A program made the translations under genes and the position numbers. From Candidatus Vogelbacteria bacterium (GTDB lineage: Bacteria > Patescibacteriota > Minisyncoccia > Phycocordibacterales > XYD1-FULL-46-19), in the NCBI GenBank assembly GCA_903864935.1, contig CAIPHT010000006.1, forward strand, positions 101,198 to 165,197: 64,000 nt of DNA, read 5' to 3'. The notes beneath the pieces were generated by a model. The model was not told the origin of the DNA and made no database searches. It saw only the letters and a program-made list of their open reading frames with translations. The stretch's first letter is position 1. Each line of letters starts with the position of its first letter. Shown piece by piece: positions 17,067-26,583 of this stretch.

Positions 17067-19382
17067 TTAATCTTCTTCAACCACCTCCTGGACAATACCC
17101 TGAACGCTGTCACCTTCCTCGGGAATTATCGGAGAATGTTTTTTGTTTGAGCTTTTTGGTAAGAGAACTCTGCGACCATCTTTTTTATCATAAAATTTTA
17201 TAGTCACATTTTCTCCCCCTAATAACGCGACCACTCTGTCTCCTGTCTCAGCCTTTAACTGCTGGCGGCACAAGACGAGATCTTCATCTCTAATCCCGGC
17301 AAGATCCATAGAATCTCCCTCCGCACGCAAAATGAAATAGTTGTAGCCAGGTTTAATCTTACTTTTCTCAACTTTAATATATTCTTCGATGTTTTCTTCC
17401 CCTAGCAAAGGGCTGCCACAAGGGGCAGAACCGACCAAGGGGACAAGAACAAATTCTTTAATATAAGGAGACGGAATCTTTTCTTTCGTGACGAAAATAT
17501 TCTCTTCTGAAACAGGGGCGCTTGTGAGACTGTCCTTGAAATATTTTTCAGTCTCTTTGTCAGTAAAATAAACATAGCAGCCCTTCATCCCACGAGTCAT
17601 AAGAGTTCGATAAGTATTCTTAATTATCGCTTCGGCTTTTCTACTGGCTTCTTCTGGATTTTGAGCAAAAGCTTTTTTATACCCCTTTAAAGAAGCGTCA
17701 GTTTTTGCTCGTTTACTAGGGTTAGCAATTATTTTCCCATTTCTTGCGACAAGGTCGTCCCCAATAATTACCCCAACATAGTCAACTTCCAAACCTTGGC
17801 AAGTATGGATACAGCCAACTTCTCCAACTGACTCAGGAGCCATGATCCACAAGTTACCGTCGCTCGCTAGATTCCACTGCATCCCAAAATTATGCCCAGG
17901 AATACAAATATCCTTTAAGCCCTTATTTTTCTTACTTACCCAATCCCAACAATAACCAGCAACGATACGAGCTTTATTGTTTATCTTATTTTTTTCAAAC
18001 AACAAATCCCGTAACTCATTTGGAGAATCAACTATCCTAAAATCATAATTTATGCCGTCCAAAGTTGTATTTGCCGTCTCGTTAATCTGAAGAATATTAT
18101 CAAGCCAAGATAAATAGCCATCAGAACCGTTACAACGAAATTGTGACTCTAATTTAAGATTATAGACCTTAACACCAAGTCTATCTGCCCATTTTTCTAT
18201 TTCTTCTTTTTTGCCGATATCATGCCAAGTGACCTTCTGATCCTCGTCTATAAAGAAAATCGAGCACTTAGAGGATTCGATAATTTCCTTAATTTGGTTT
18301 TCACCAAGATTCTTGAACATACCCGATTTAGCGTTAAGCCGATGGGCTTCATCAACAATAAGGGTATCAAAAATATTTTTATCAGAACTCACAAAAGATC
18401 CTGATCCAGTAAAAAGATTCGATATCTCGGTCTTTTTGAGAGTCTCGGCAAGCTTAGCCTCAAAGACTCCGCGGGGCGCTGCGTTCTTTGTAACATATTG
18501 TGTGTTTAGACCAAGTTTAGTAATCGCCACCAGAAGATTAATGGCAACAACAGACTTGCCAGTACCAGGGCCACCCTCAACAATTAAAATATTTTTGTTT
18601 GCCTTAGAAGATTTTTTAGTCAAAGATAGAGCTGTTTCATAAACGAGTTTTTGCTCGTCTATCATCACAAATTCCTCATTCCCCTTCAACATTGAAGAGA
18701 GGCTGTCTGCAAGGTTTTTCGAAGGCCTAATTTCGCCGTGGTCAATACGGTAAAGAGTATTTTTACCTTCTCCGTATTTAACAAACTTTGCAATAAAATC
18801 TTGGAGTTTTTCTTTATCTCCCTTACAAAAAGCTGGGGCCTTCTCTAGATAATCATTATAAAAAGGACTCAAAATAACGCCTTCGTCCACATGATTATGT
18901 AAATAGGCACAAGGCTCAAGGCCAATATTTTCCTCATAAACGGTAGCGTTAAATCCATAAAGAAGAGTAGAGTAAGACCAAGCCTGGTAAGAAGGATGGA
19001 GTTCTTCGCTTGGACCATTTTTAAAACGAGTAAGGACTACAGCATCTTTGTCTGTTTTGTTAATATCCGTCCACTGCTTTAATTCAATTATAATAACTTT
19101 TTCTCGCCTTTCTTCGTCTTCTCCGGTAATGATAAAGTCAATTCTATTTTTTGTCCTTGGTATAGAATATTCAATAGCAACGCCAGAGTCATCTGGGATT
19201 TTGCTCGTCTGCATAACTTTATACATAGCGTCGCCCAGAGAATTTTTCCAAGAGTTATACTCACTACTTCCAACCTTGATATCAATATGAAGTTTCTCCT
19301 TTACTCTAGCCCTAACAATATCCTCTATACCATTAGAAGCGTCTTCTAAGAAACCGAGTTTCGTAGACTGGTAGACAATCAT
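17067..19382 (-). CDS. multidomain protein: PD-(D/E)xK-like N-terminal region + DUF2075-type P-loop ATPase/helicase + C-terminal LexA/UmuD-like S24 peptidase domain
   Basis: RIDFIITGEDEE..VIIIELKQW (D..E.K nuclease-like). Walker A LIVEGGPGTGKS, Walker B LIVDEAHRL, CIHTCQGLEVDYVGVIIG (DUF2075/UvrD-like C-terminus). Then VPLVGSAPCGSPLLG linker and ILRAEGDSMDLAGIRDEDLVLC...VVALLGGENVTIKFY (Ser/Lys dyad of S24). Confidence 0.7.
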   Translation of the reverse strand: MIVYQSTKLGFLEDASNGIEDIVRARVKEKLHIDIKVGSSEYNSWKNSLGDAMYKVMQTSKIPDDSGVAIEYSIPRTKNRIDFIITGEDEERREKVIIIELKQWTDINKTDKDAVVLTRFKNGPSEELHPSYQAWSYSTLLYGFNATVYEENIGLEPCAYLHNHVDEGVILSPFYNDYLEKAPAFCKGDKEKLQDFIAKFVKYGEGKNTLYRIDHGEIRPSKNLADSLSSMLKGNEEFVMIDEQKLVYETALSLTKKSSKANKNILIVEGGPGTGKSVVAINLLVAITKLGLNTQYVTKNAAPRGVFEAKLAETLKKTEISNLFTGSGSFVSSDKNIFDTLIVDEAHRLNAKSGMFKNLGENQIKEIIESSKCSIFFIDEDQKVTWHDIGKKEEIEKWADRLGVKVYNLKLESQFRCNGSDGYLSWLDNILQINETANTTLDGINYDFRIVDSPNELRDLLFEKNKINNKARIVAGYCWDWVSKKNKGLKDICIPGHNFGMQWNLASDGNLWIMAPESVGEVGCIHTCQGLEVDYVGVIIGDDLVARNGKIIANPSKRAKTDASLKGYKKAFAQNPEEASRKAEAIIKNTYRTLMTRGMKGCYVYFTDKETEKYFKDSLTSAPVSEENIFVTKEKIPSPYIKEFVLVPLVGSAPCGSPLLGEENIEEYIKVEKSKIKPGYNYFILRAEGDSMDLAGIRDEDLVLCRQQLKAETGDRVVALLGGENVTIKFYDKKDGRRVLLPKSSNKKHSPIIPEEGDSVQGIVQEVVEED

Positions 19383-19726
19383 AACTTATTGTACTTGGTA
19401 TGCTTCCCCTTTGCTTTTTCGACTGGATATTTTGCCTCATTTTTAGAAACTTTCTTTTCTTCGGCTTTCAAGATATCAATTCCTAGATCATGAGACATTA
19501 TGAGCAGGTAATTTAGAACGTCGGCCAACTCGTCAGCAATTTCGTCTTTGTTTGTTTTAACATATTCTTGAATCTCCTTTTCGCTTTTCCATTGAAAATG
19601 CTCCAGGACCTCTGTGGCCTCAAGAGTTAAGGAAATAGCTAAGTCTTTAGGATTATGAAATTGCTTCCAATCCCTAGCATCACGAAAAGCAATTATTCTC
19701 TTTGTTAGGCTCTTAATATCTGTCAT
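19379..19726 (-). CDS. MazG-like nucleoside triphosphate pyrophosphohydrolase (all-alpha NTP-PPase)
   Basis: EATEVLEHFQW...EIADELADVLNYLLIMSHDLGIDI...KNEAKYP. Its stop overlaps the ATG of the downstream 771-aa gene (ATGA). Confidence 0.7.
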   Translation of the reverse strand: MTDIKSLTKRIIAFRDARDWKQFHNPKDLAISLTLEATEVLEHFQWKSEKEIQEYVKTNKDEIADELADVLNYLLIMSHDLGIDILKAEEKKVSKNEAKYPVEKAKGKHTKYNKL

Positions 19727-19797
19727 TAGCCCTATTTTACCACATTTTCGAACAAAAATAAACCCCCTACTTCGCCAAGGCTTCGAAGGGCAAGCCC

Positions 19798-19886
19798 CCT
19801 AAACCGGGCAAGTATTCTTCCCTAGAGCCGTATACAGGCCACACCAACTAAAGATTGCTTCGAAGAGGCAGAAGCCGGAGAAGAAT
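19798..19886. repeat. ~90-bp direct repeat, copy 1 (left boundary of the Fic cassette)
   Basis: cctaaaccgggcaagtattctt...gccgtatacag...cttcgaagaggcagaagccggagaagaata; about 85% identical to 21451-21540. Confidence 0.8.
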
Positions 19887-19887
19887 A

Positions 19888-19897
19888 GGGGGGGGGT
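19888..19897. repeat. homopolymeric G10 tract
   Basis: 10 consecutive G between the direct repeat and the stop of gene 19918..20190. Confidence 0.8.
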
Positions 19898-19917
19898 GAA
19901 TTTCAACCTCACCCAGG

Positions 19918-20190
19918 TTAAACACTAAAACTAACAACGTCTCCATCAAAAAGAGGAGAATTAATCTGAGGAGAGACATTGTTTATCTCAAAGCCAAGCT
20001 TCCCGGGAGGATATTTTTCTTCAATCTCCGGGTATGTCATAAAAATATTATGTAATAAATAAACAAAGGTTGAACCTTCGCTTAGGATCATCGAAGATTC
20101 TTTTTCTTTTGTAATTCTCGTCAGTTCCTCGTCGAATAAGATGGTAATTTGAATAGGTTGAGGAAATCTTAGGTCATCTTCATTTTCCAT
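19918..20190 (-). CDS. small hypothetical protein (90 aa, possible beta-grasp/MoaD-ThiS-like fold without C-terminal GG)
   Basis: ...PPGKLGFEINNVSPQINSPLFDGDVVSFSV resembles a ThiS/MoaD C-terminal segment. Immediately downstream of fic. Confidence 0.4.
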   Translation of the reverse strand: MENEDDLRFPQPIQITILFDEELTRITKEKESSMILSEGSTFVYLLHNIFMTYPEIEEKYPPGKLGFEINNVSPQINSPLFDGDVVSFSV

Positions 20191-20196
20191 AATCTC

Positions 20197-21378
20197 CTAC
20201 TTCTTTCGTTTAGCTTCTCTATTAAATGACTCGTCAAAGATTGCGTAATAATCAGCATAAATATACTTTTGGGCATATTCGGCATCACCAAGAGGCTCGA
20301 GAATTTTTAGTTTCTCAAGACGTTCGATTACTTTATAAGCCCCTGGTGCCGTAAAGCCGGTCCATTTCATAATCTCAGCGATACCGACAATTGGCTGGCC
20401 AAACAATTTGCGGACAATCTCCAAGGTAGATTCTGCAGATTTTTTACCAAGCTTTTGCATCTTGGCAAAATCACGATCGCGCAAACTGGTAATTTGAGTG
20501 CAAGCCTCAATACTTGAGCTAGCAATCTCGGCGACTCCCTCAAGAAAAAATTCTAGCCAAGCATTAATATCAGAATCTTCATCATGGTAGCCCTGTAATT
20601 TTTGGTAATAAAGCTTTTGATATTTTTTGAAATAACTAGAGAGGTACAAAACTGGTAATTCCAAAATTTTTGCATAGTGAATATACATGGCAATCATCAT
20701 TCGACCAGTACGGCCATTACCATCGGTAAAAGGGTGAATTGTCTCGAATTGAGCGTGGATAAGACCAGCCTTAACAAGAGAGGGATAATCGTCCTCAGCA
20801 TGAATAAACTTCTCAAGATCATCTAGGGATTTCTGCATATCAATAACGGTCGGAGGGACAAAAGAGGCATCAGCAGGAGTTTTGCCTCCAATCCAATTTT
20901 GTGAACGACGAAACTCACCCGGATAGGCATGTTGAGTGCACCGAGCGCCCGTCATTAGTCTCCCATGAAGCTCTCTGATAAATCTGAGAGAAATCGGAAA
21001 CTCTTTTGTTCGTTCGATACCATAATTGACAGCCTTAACGTAGTGTTCAATGTCATCAACATCACGATTGTTGCGGTCCTTTTCTTCGGTGACAGGAGCC
21101 GCCACCGCATCCTGAAGAGTAGCCCTTGTTCCCTCGATTTGACTAGAATAAGCAGCATCTTTCACAATAAACATGGAGATAAAAAAGTCTTTGTCAGGCA
21201 AAAGACGCGTAATGCCATCAAGTTTACCAACCAGACGAATAGCCTCTTCGTGCTTTTTGTAGAGTTTGGGAGTAATTACAAAACCCTCTTTCGGAGGAAA
21301 TGCGAAAGGAGTAAAGGCATTAAAACCTTCTTTTTGTTTAACATAACGGCCAATTTTTGGTTTGTTTACATTACCCAT
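20197..21378 (-). CDS. fic: Fic family protein (AMPylation/filamentation domain)
   Basis: Canonical Fic motif HPFTDGNGRTGR; 393 aa with a C-terminal wHTH-like region. Confidence 0.85.
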   Translation of the reverse strand: MGNVNKPKIGRYVKQKEGFNAFTPFAFPPKEGFVITPKLYKKHEEAIRLVGKLDGITRLLPDKDFFISMFIVKDAAYSSQIEGTRATLQDAVAAPVTEEKDRNNRDVDDIEHYVKAVNYGIERTKEFPISLRFIRELHGRLMTGARCTQHAYPGEFRRSQNWIGGKTPADASFVPPTVIDMQKSLDDLEKFIHAEDDYPSLVKAGLIHAQFETIHPFTDGNGRTGRMMIAMYIHYAKILELPVLYLSSYFKKYQKLYYQKLQGYHDEDSDINAWLEFFLEGVAEIASSSIEACTQITSLRDRDFAKMQKLGKKSAESTLEIVRKLFGQPIVGIAEIMKWTGFTAPGAYKVIERLEKLKILEPLGDAEYAQKYIYADYYAIFDESFNREAKRKK

Positions 21379-21450
21379 ACCTATATAAACATATTATGCT
21401 TTTTTGTTTACATTGTCAACTACGATATAAACTACTTTAAAGCCCCTATT

Positions 21451-21540
21451 CCTAAACCGGGCAAGTATTCTTACTCAACGCCGTATACAGCCCGCACCAG
21501 CTGAAGATCGCTTCGAAGAGGCAGAAGCCGGAGAAGAATA
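21451..21540. repeat. ~90-bp direct repeat, copy 2 (right boundary; encodes the C-terminus of gene 21452..22303)
   Basis: Identical blocks of 22, 11 and 30 nt shared with 19798-19886. Confidence 0.8.
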
Positions 21541-22303
21541 AGATTAAGGGATTCCAAGTGGTGAGTATCGCAAAGAAGAAGAGGGCGACGGCTAGGGCCA
21601 AACGAATTAGCCGATCTCTCTTGCCAATATTTTGGGAGCGGCCTCGGACCGAGCGCTCGGCAAAGAATTTGGCCAAGAAGCGATAAGCGAAGCCGACAAT
21701 AAAGGCGAGGGTAAACATTAACAAAATTAAGCCCCAACCGAAGGGTGAATAGATAAAATTGGCCGGAGACTTACCAAAGAAGTCTCGCTTGAGTTGTGGC
21801 AAAACTTTATAAACATTCACCGTCTCGGCAAAAGAGAAACTCTCAATCTCGCCAACCGCCAAAGCATACTTACCTTTGTTCAGAGGGCTAGTAACGATAA
21901 CTTCATAATCTCCCGCTGGAGCTTGAGACTTATACTCTGGGCCGCGCCAATAATCATCATAGCCAAACTCTTCATGATACTTCTCCCAATTAGAATTTTG
22001 TCCGCCTAAGACGGCCAATTGTTCCCCATCGCGAGAAACAGTCGCCGAGATATCCCGCGGGGGGAGTGCCCCGGTGCCCGCCCTTTGATATGGCAACAAG
22101 ATATTAACATAGAGGGCAAAAGGTTTGTCTGAATGAATTTTATAAATCACCGGCTCCCCCGCCAGTTGCCCATAATAGGCCTTGGAGACCTCGGGGTCAC
22201 TAACAATAATCGGATTGCCGGCGGCGAGGCGGGGTTGATGGGCAAGGGCGAGGATGGGAATCCCTAAAATAATAAGGAGGATGGTGAGGAGGTATTTTTT
22301 CAT
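21452..22303 (-). CDS. hypothetical exported/membrane protein
   Basis: Signal peptide MKKYLLTILLIILGIPILALA, C-terminal TM helices; 283 aa. Confidence 0.55.
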   Translation of the reverse strand: MKKYLLTILLIILGIPILALAHQPRLAAGNPIIVSDPEVSKAYYGQLAGEPVIYKIHSDKPFALYVNILLPYQRAGTGALPPRDISATVSRDGEQLAVLGGQNSNWEKYHEEFGYDDYWRGPEYKSQAPAGDYEVIVTSPLNKGKYALAVGEIESFSFAETVNVYKVLPQLKRDFFGKSPANFIYSPFGWGLILLMFTLAFIVGFAYRFLAKFFAERSVRGRSQNIGKRDRLIRLALAVALFFFAILTTWNPLILFFSGFCLFEAIFSWCGLYTALSKNTCPV

Positions 22304-22351
22304 ATACTAAAATTATGCGCTTAAGTTATTTTTTAAGCAACGAGGGCAAGC

Positions 22352-23308
22352 TTAGATCAGATTAAGAATTAATTTAATAACTTTTTCTTTATCCTTTGGG
22401 TCGCTGCTCGCGACAAGAATGGTTAAGGTGGTAAGAGCCGTTGGGGTAAGTTTCTTGGTATCCAAAATTTTGGCCTGCTCAAGAAACCAGACAAAGGCAA
22501 AAGCCCCGCTTCGTTTATTGCCATCGGCGAAGGGATGATTCTTAACCATAAAGTACAGCAAGTGAGCCGCCTTCTCTTCAACAGCGGGGTAGAGTTCTTT
22601 GCCGGCAAAAGACTGCATCACGTTACCGACAATACCTGCGACAGACCCCGTCTCGCGTTCTCGTCCAAACAACTCGGTGGCCTCCTTTTTGCGCGTTAAC
22701 TCATCTTTCAATCCAAACAAACTCTTAGTGATTTTGTCAGTCGTGAGCTCAACCTTCTTCTTGGTCAATTTGCCCTTAGGCAGAGCGTCTCGGTCATAAG
22801 CATCAAGTGACAACCAAGTGTCCGCAAAAAGTGAGACGAGCTCGGCCACGCCAAGGGCTCCGACGTCGCTACCAGCCGGGAGAAGTTTCTTCATATCCTC
22901 AACCACACCCAAGAACTGGGCATAATTATGTTTAATCACCTTAGGATTAATAGTGAAACCCTTGGTGATGTGCTCACGGAGAGTCTTGGTGGCCCATTGG
23001 CGGAATTGGATAGCTCTTGCTGAATTAGTTTTGTAACCAACAGACAAAATAACATCCAGATTATAAAACTGTACTTGGTAAACTTTCCCATCATCGGCAG
23101 TATGTGCAAATTTTGCACAAACTGAATTTTTGTCTAATTCTTTATCTTTTAGAATATTTCTAATGTGCTTAGTAATAACAGAACGTTCAACACCAAACAC
23201 CTCCGCAATCTGCGCCTGGGTTGCCCAAATTGTCTCAGCCTTATAATCACCCTTGAGCTCAATGGCTCCGGACTTGGCTTGGTAGATTATTAAATTTTTC
23301 TTTTTCAT
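22352..23308 (-). CDS. RhuM-like N-terminal domain fused to Fic/Doc family domain
   Basis: N-terminal IELKGDYKAETIWATQAQIAEVFGVERSVITKHIRNI (RhuM-like); C-terminal HPFADGNKRSGAFAFVWFL (Doc-type HxFx(D/N)GNKR). Confidence 0.75.
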   Translation of the reverse strand: MKKKNLIIYQAKSGAIELKGDYKAETIWATQAQIAEVFGVERSVITKHIRNILKDKELDKNSVCAKFAHTADDGKVYQVQFYNLDVILSVGYKTNSARAIQFRQWATKTLREHITKGFTINPKVIKHNYAQFLGVVEDMKKLLPAGSDVGALGVAELVSLFADTWLSLDAYDRDALPKGKLTKKKVELTTDKITKSLFGLKDELTRKKEATELFGRERETGSVAGIVGNVMQSFAGKELYPAVEEKAAHLLYFMVKNHPFADGNKRSGAFAFVWFLEQAKILDTKKLTPTALTTLTILVASSDPKDKEKVIKLILNLI

Positions 23309-23382
23309 TATTTAAATTATAACACAAAAAAATCCCTGGAGGCTTACTGCCCCAAGTTCGAATTCAGGGTTCATAGCGAAAA

Positions 23383-23706
23383 TTATTCCACCACCACGGC
23401 TGTGCCATAGCAGAGCACCTCGGTGACTCCCTGGAGGAGTTCGGTGGTGTCGTAGCGGACACCAATGATGGCATTGGCACCTTGAGCTTCGGCATGCTTG
23501 ATCATAAGCTCGAAGGCTTCTTCGCGGGTCTTCTCACAGAGGGAGGTGAAGAGGGAGATATTGCCACCCAATATTGTCTGGAGCCCACCGCCGATAGTAC
23601 CGACAATGGAGCGTGAGCGAACAATTATCCCCTTCACAATCCCTAAATTCTTAACAATCTTCTGACCTGGTAATTCGAACGCGGTCGTGGTGTTATTGTG
23701 ATTCAT
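23383..23706 (-). CDS. YbjQ/UPF0145 family protein
   Basis: [27 protein letters not shown]...[10 protein letters not shown], typical of the YbjQ pentamer family. Confidence 0.85.
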   Translation of the reverse strand: MNHNNTTTAFELPGQKIVKNLGIVKGIIVRSRSIVGTIGGGLQTILGGNISLFTSLCEKTREEAFELMIKHAEAQGANAIIGVRYDTTELLQGVTEVLCYGTAVVVE

Positions 23707-23751
23707 ATTTATATTTTACAGTATCTATTAAAATTAGTATAATTAAACCCA

Positions 23752-23958
23752 ATGGAACCAAATCTAGAACAACGGCTCGCGGGGCTTGAAGAGAAGATTG
23801 ATAAAATTTTTCGCTCGGTGGAGAAGACGCGCAAATATTTTCTCTGGACCATGATTATCACGCTCGTGTTGTTTGTGCTCCCCCTTATCGGCCTCGTCTT
23901 TGTCGTGCCAATGTTTATGAGCAATTATGTCGGCCAGCTTAGCGGCTTGGGGTTGTAG
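23752..23958 (+). CDS. small membrane protein (68 aa)
   Basis: ORF with a TATAAT 8 nt upstream of the ATG (near-leaderless); one TM helix. Confidence 0.3.
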   Translation: MEPNLEQRLAGLEEKIDKIFRSVEKTRKYFLWTMIITLVLFVLPLIGLVFVVPMFMSNYVGQLSGLGL

Positions 23959-23998
23959 GGATTAAGCTCCCCTAGTGACATCGACCCTTCAACCAAGC

Positions 23999-24505
23999 TT
24001 AGGACCTATCAACTAAACCACCTGAATAATCCGCATCATAAATCTCAACACCGGCACGGAGGATGACTTCTTGTCCCTTGAAACGCGAGAGCTCCCCAGA
24101 GTAAGAATTAGAATAAACCCACTCCACGCCAGCAATAGTCTCCTTGAGTTCAATTGGGCCACGCACTGGCAATTCGTCGGGCGCATTCATTAAGGCCTTG
24201 GTTAAGAATCCATAGACTTCGTTTTTATCAATCTCCTTATCACTCACCTCGCCATAATAGACCATCATCCACACCGGCTTACCATCAGAAAAAATTACCT
24301 CGCGACCACCATAAGGTTCGCCGCCAAAATAATTATCATGGAAGCGCCATGCTCCTTCTGGACTCTCATAAGTGATGGTGGTGGAGCTATCGGCCTCCTT
24401 AACGCGCACTCGCTCTTCGCCACTACCATAACCCTGTTTATTGGCCTCAATTAAAAATTTTTTAATAGCCTCGAGCTGTTCTAAGTTTTGTGACACTTTT
24501 TCCAT
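23999..24505 (-). CDS. hypothetical protein (168 aa)
   Basis: ORF; the YGG.EVIFSDGKPVWMMVYYG segment is suggestive of a conserved DUF. Confidence 0.45.
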   Translation of the reverse strand: MEKVSQNLEQLEAIKKFLIEANKQGYGSGEERVRVKEADSSTTITYESPEGAWRFHDNYFGGEPYGGREVIFSDGKPVWMMVYYGEVSDKEIDKNEVYGFLTKALMNAPDELPVRGPIELKETIAGVEWVYSNSYSGELSRFKGQEVILRAGVEIYDADYSGGLVDRS

Positions 24506-24517
24506 ATTTTTTAAAAA

Positions 24518-25006
24518 TTATAATTTTTCTTTTAATTCTAAAGCTCTCTCCATAATTCTAGCACCAACTTCGCCCCAGTCGAAGTATTGTTTATAGTCGG
24601 CGGGGTTGATAAGTTTGATCGCTTCAACATCTCCAGCTGGATCCTTAACAAATGGACCAAACGGGCGCACCTGGCAAACGGCTCGCAATTGATAGATAAC
24701 TTGGCCGGTCGGTTCGGTAACCCTCTGATAACCAATGGGTAGCCACTTGAGAACCTCCATATTAGACTCTTCGAGAATCTCACGCTTGAGTGTCTCTTCG
24801 AAGGTCTCACCCGGCTCGGGGGTGCCACCCACCGGACCCCAAGCCTGCCGATCTCCCTCAAAAACAAGAAGAAGCTCTTCATCGCAAAAACAAAAACCAT
24901 AAATTTGGGTGCAGAGATCGCGTGGGATAGAATCAAAAGTCTCAACATCCTCATAAACAAGCTCGAGATCTTTGCCCTGATAATTCAATTTGCTTTCTAT
25001 TTTCAT
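24518..25006 (-). CDS. NUDIX hydrolase
   Basis: Nudix box GGTPEPGETFEETLKREILEESNMEV. Confidence 0.8.
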   Translation of the reverse strand: MKIESKLNYQGKDLELVYEDVETFDSIPRDLCTQIYGFCFCDEELLLVFEGDRQAWGPVGGTPEPGETFEETLKREILEESNMEVLKWLPIGYQRVTEPTGQVIYQLRAVCQVRPFGPFVKDPAGDVEAIKLINPADYKQYFDWGEVGARIMERALELKEKL

Positions 25007-25076
25007 AATTTACATTTATTAAACTACTAATAAAAATTAATTCTAAAAACAAAAAACCCCGCGGGAGCGAGGTTCT

Positions 25077-25409
25077 TTATTTGCCGATTTTGGCAATGGA
25101 GACTTTGGTAAATGGTTGTCGGTGACCGGCCTTCTTGTGGTGGCGAACCTTGGCCTTGTATTTAACAACGACAATCTTCTTGTTGCGGCCGTCGGCCTCG
25201 AACTTGGCAGTAACGGTAGCTCCATCTAGATAAGGGGTGCCTACCTCAACCTTCTCACCATCAGCAATCATGAGGACTTTATCAAAAACAACCTCGCCTT
25301 TGGTCTTAGCCTCGGCTAGTTTTTCTACCTGCAAAAGATCGCCCTCGGCGACTTTATACTGCTTTCCACCTGTTTCGATAATTGCGAACATAACTTTAGT
25401 ATTATACAC
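25077..25409 (-). CDS. rplU: 50S ribosomal protein L21
   Basis: MFAIIETGGKQYKVAEGDLLQVEKL...; 110 aa. Confidence 0.9.
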   Translation of the reverse strand: MYNTKVMFAIIETGGKQYKVAEGDLLQVEKLAEAKTKGEVVFDKVLMIADGEKVEVGTPYLDGATVTAKFEADGRNKKIVVVKYKAKVRHHKKAGHRQPFTKVSIAKIGK

Positions 25410-25473
25410 AAAAGCACAAAGGAATCAAGGGCAGGTCTTGGGCTCACTTAAGGCCTGCCCTTTTAGGCTCCAT

Positions 25474-26535
25474 TTAGTCCTCTAAATTGGGCTTCTCAAT
25501 GGCCTGGGGCTCGAAACCGGCCGAGACGCCGGTGACCCGCATCACATCCTTGTCGACCTTCTTGAGCTCCTTATAGGCCAAATTATAGTGATTTACCGAG
25601 GTCCCAAGGGCATTGCCCAGCTTGGCCATATAGCCCTCATAGGCCCCTATATGCTTGCCTAGCTCCTCAACCCTCTTACGTATCTCCTTGGCGGATTCTT
25701 CGATCTGAAGGGCTTTTAGGCCCTGTAGGACGGTCTGGAGATAGGCCAAGAAGCTGGTCGGCGAGACGATAATAACGTGGTATTTGGAGGCGGCCCGCTG
25801 GATAAGATTCTCGGTATTCTCGTCTTGAAGAGCCCCAATTTTATTGATCAAAAGGTCGTAATAAATAGCCTCGTGGGGGATGAACATGAAGGCGAACTCC
25901 ATGGTCCCTTGATCGGGCTGAACATATTTGGCCGTCTCGGTGATGCGGTTCTTGAGATCATTCACAAAGACTTTCTCATACTTCTCTTTCTCGGTCTCAT
26001 TCCTCTCCCCCACTATGCGATTATAATTCTCGAGAGAGAATTTAGAATCGATGGGAATTATTTTATCTTTTACAAACACCACGGCATCAACAATGGTGCC
26101 ATCGGGGAAGGGGTACTGCATCTGATAAGAACCCGGTGGCATAATATTCTTGAGTAAGGTCTCAAGATAATACTCCCCCACTATCCCGCGCTGTTTAGGA
26201 TTCTTAAGAATGTCTTGGAGGGACTGAAGTTGGTCGGTAAAATTAACGACTTGTTTATTGGTCTCTTCAAGCCGCACCAACTTCTCGGTCACTTCACGCG
26301 AGAGACGAGAGAACTCATTGAATTGTTCGCGCGCATTCTCGCTCGAGAGCTTGGTTGATTCATGGAGGCGGTTATCAAGAGACTTGGTAAGATTCTCAAT
26401 CTGATTCTGAAGGAGCATCATGGCACCATTATCTTCTTTCTTCTCCTCCTTCTTAGGAACGAGAAATTTCAGAGCCACCAGTGCCAGACCAAAACCCACG
26501 ATCAGAGCAATAATTACAAAAATTATGGTGTTCAT
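25474..26535 (-). CDS. rmuC: DNA recombination protein RmuC
   Basis: N-terminal TM, long coiled coil, C-terminal RmuC nuclease-like region (FAFMFIPHEAIYYDLL). Confidence 0.75.
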   Translation of the reverse strand: MNTIIFVIIALIVGFGLALVALKFLVPKKEEKKEDNGAMMLLQNQIENLTKSLDNRLHESTKLSSENAREQFNEFSRLSREVTEKLVRLEETNKQVVNFTDQLQSLQDILKNPKQRGIVGEYYLETLLKNIMPPGSYQMQYPFPDGTIVDAVVFVKDKIIPIDSKFSLENYNRIVGERNETEKEKYEKVFVNDLKNRITETAKYVQPDQGTMEFAFMFIPHEAIYYDLLINKIGALQDENTENLIQRAASKYHVIIVSPTSFLAYLQTVLQGLKALQIEESAKEIRKRVEELGKHIGAYEGYMAKLGNALGTSVNHYNLAYKELKKVDKDVMRVTGVSAGFEPQAIEKPNLED

Positions 26536-26583
26536 TACTTTAATAATCTCATATTTTGAACAAATACGAAAGTCCCACGATGA

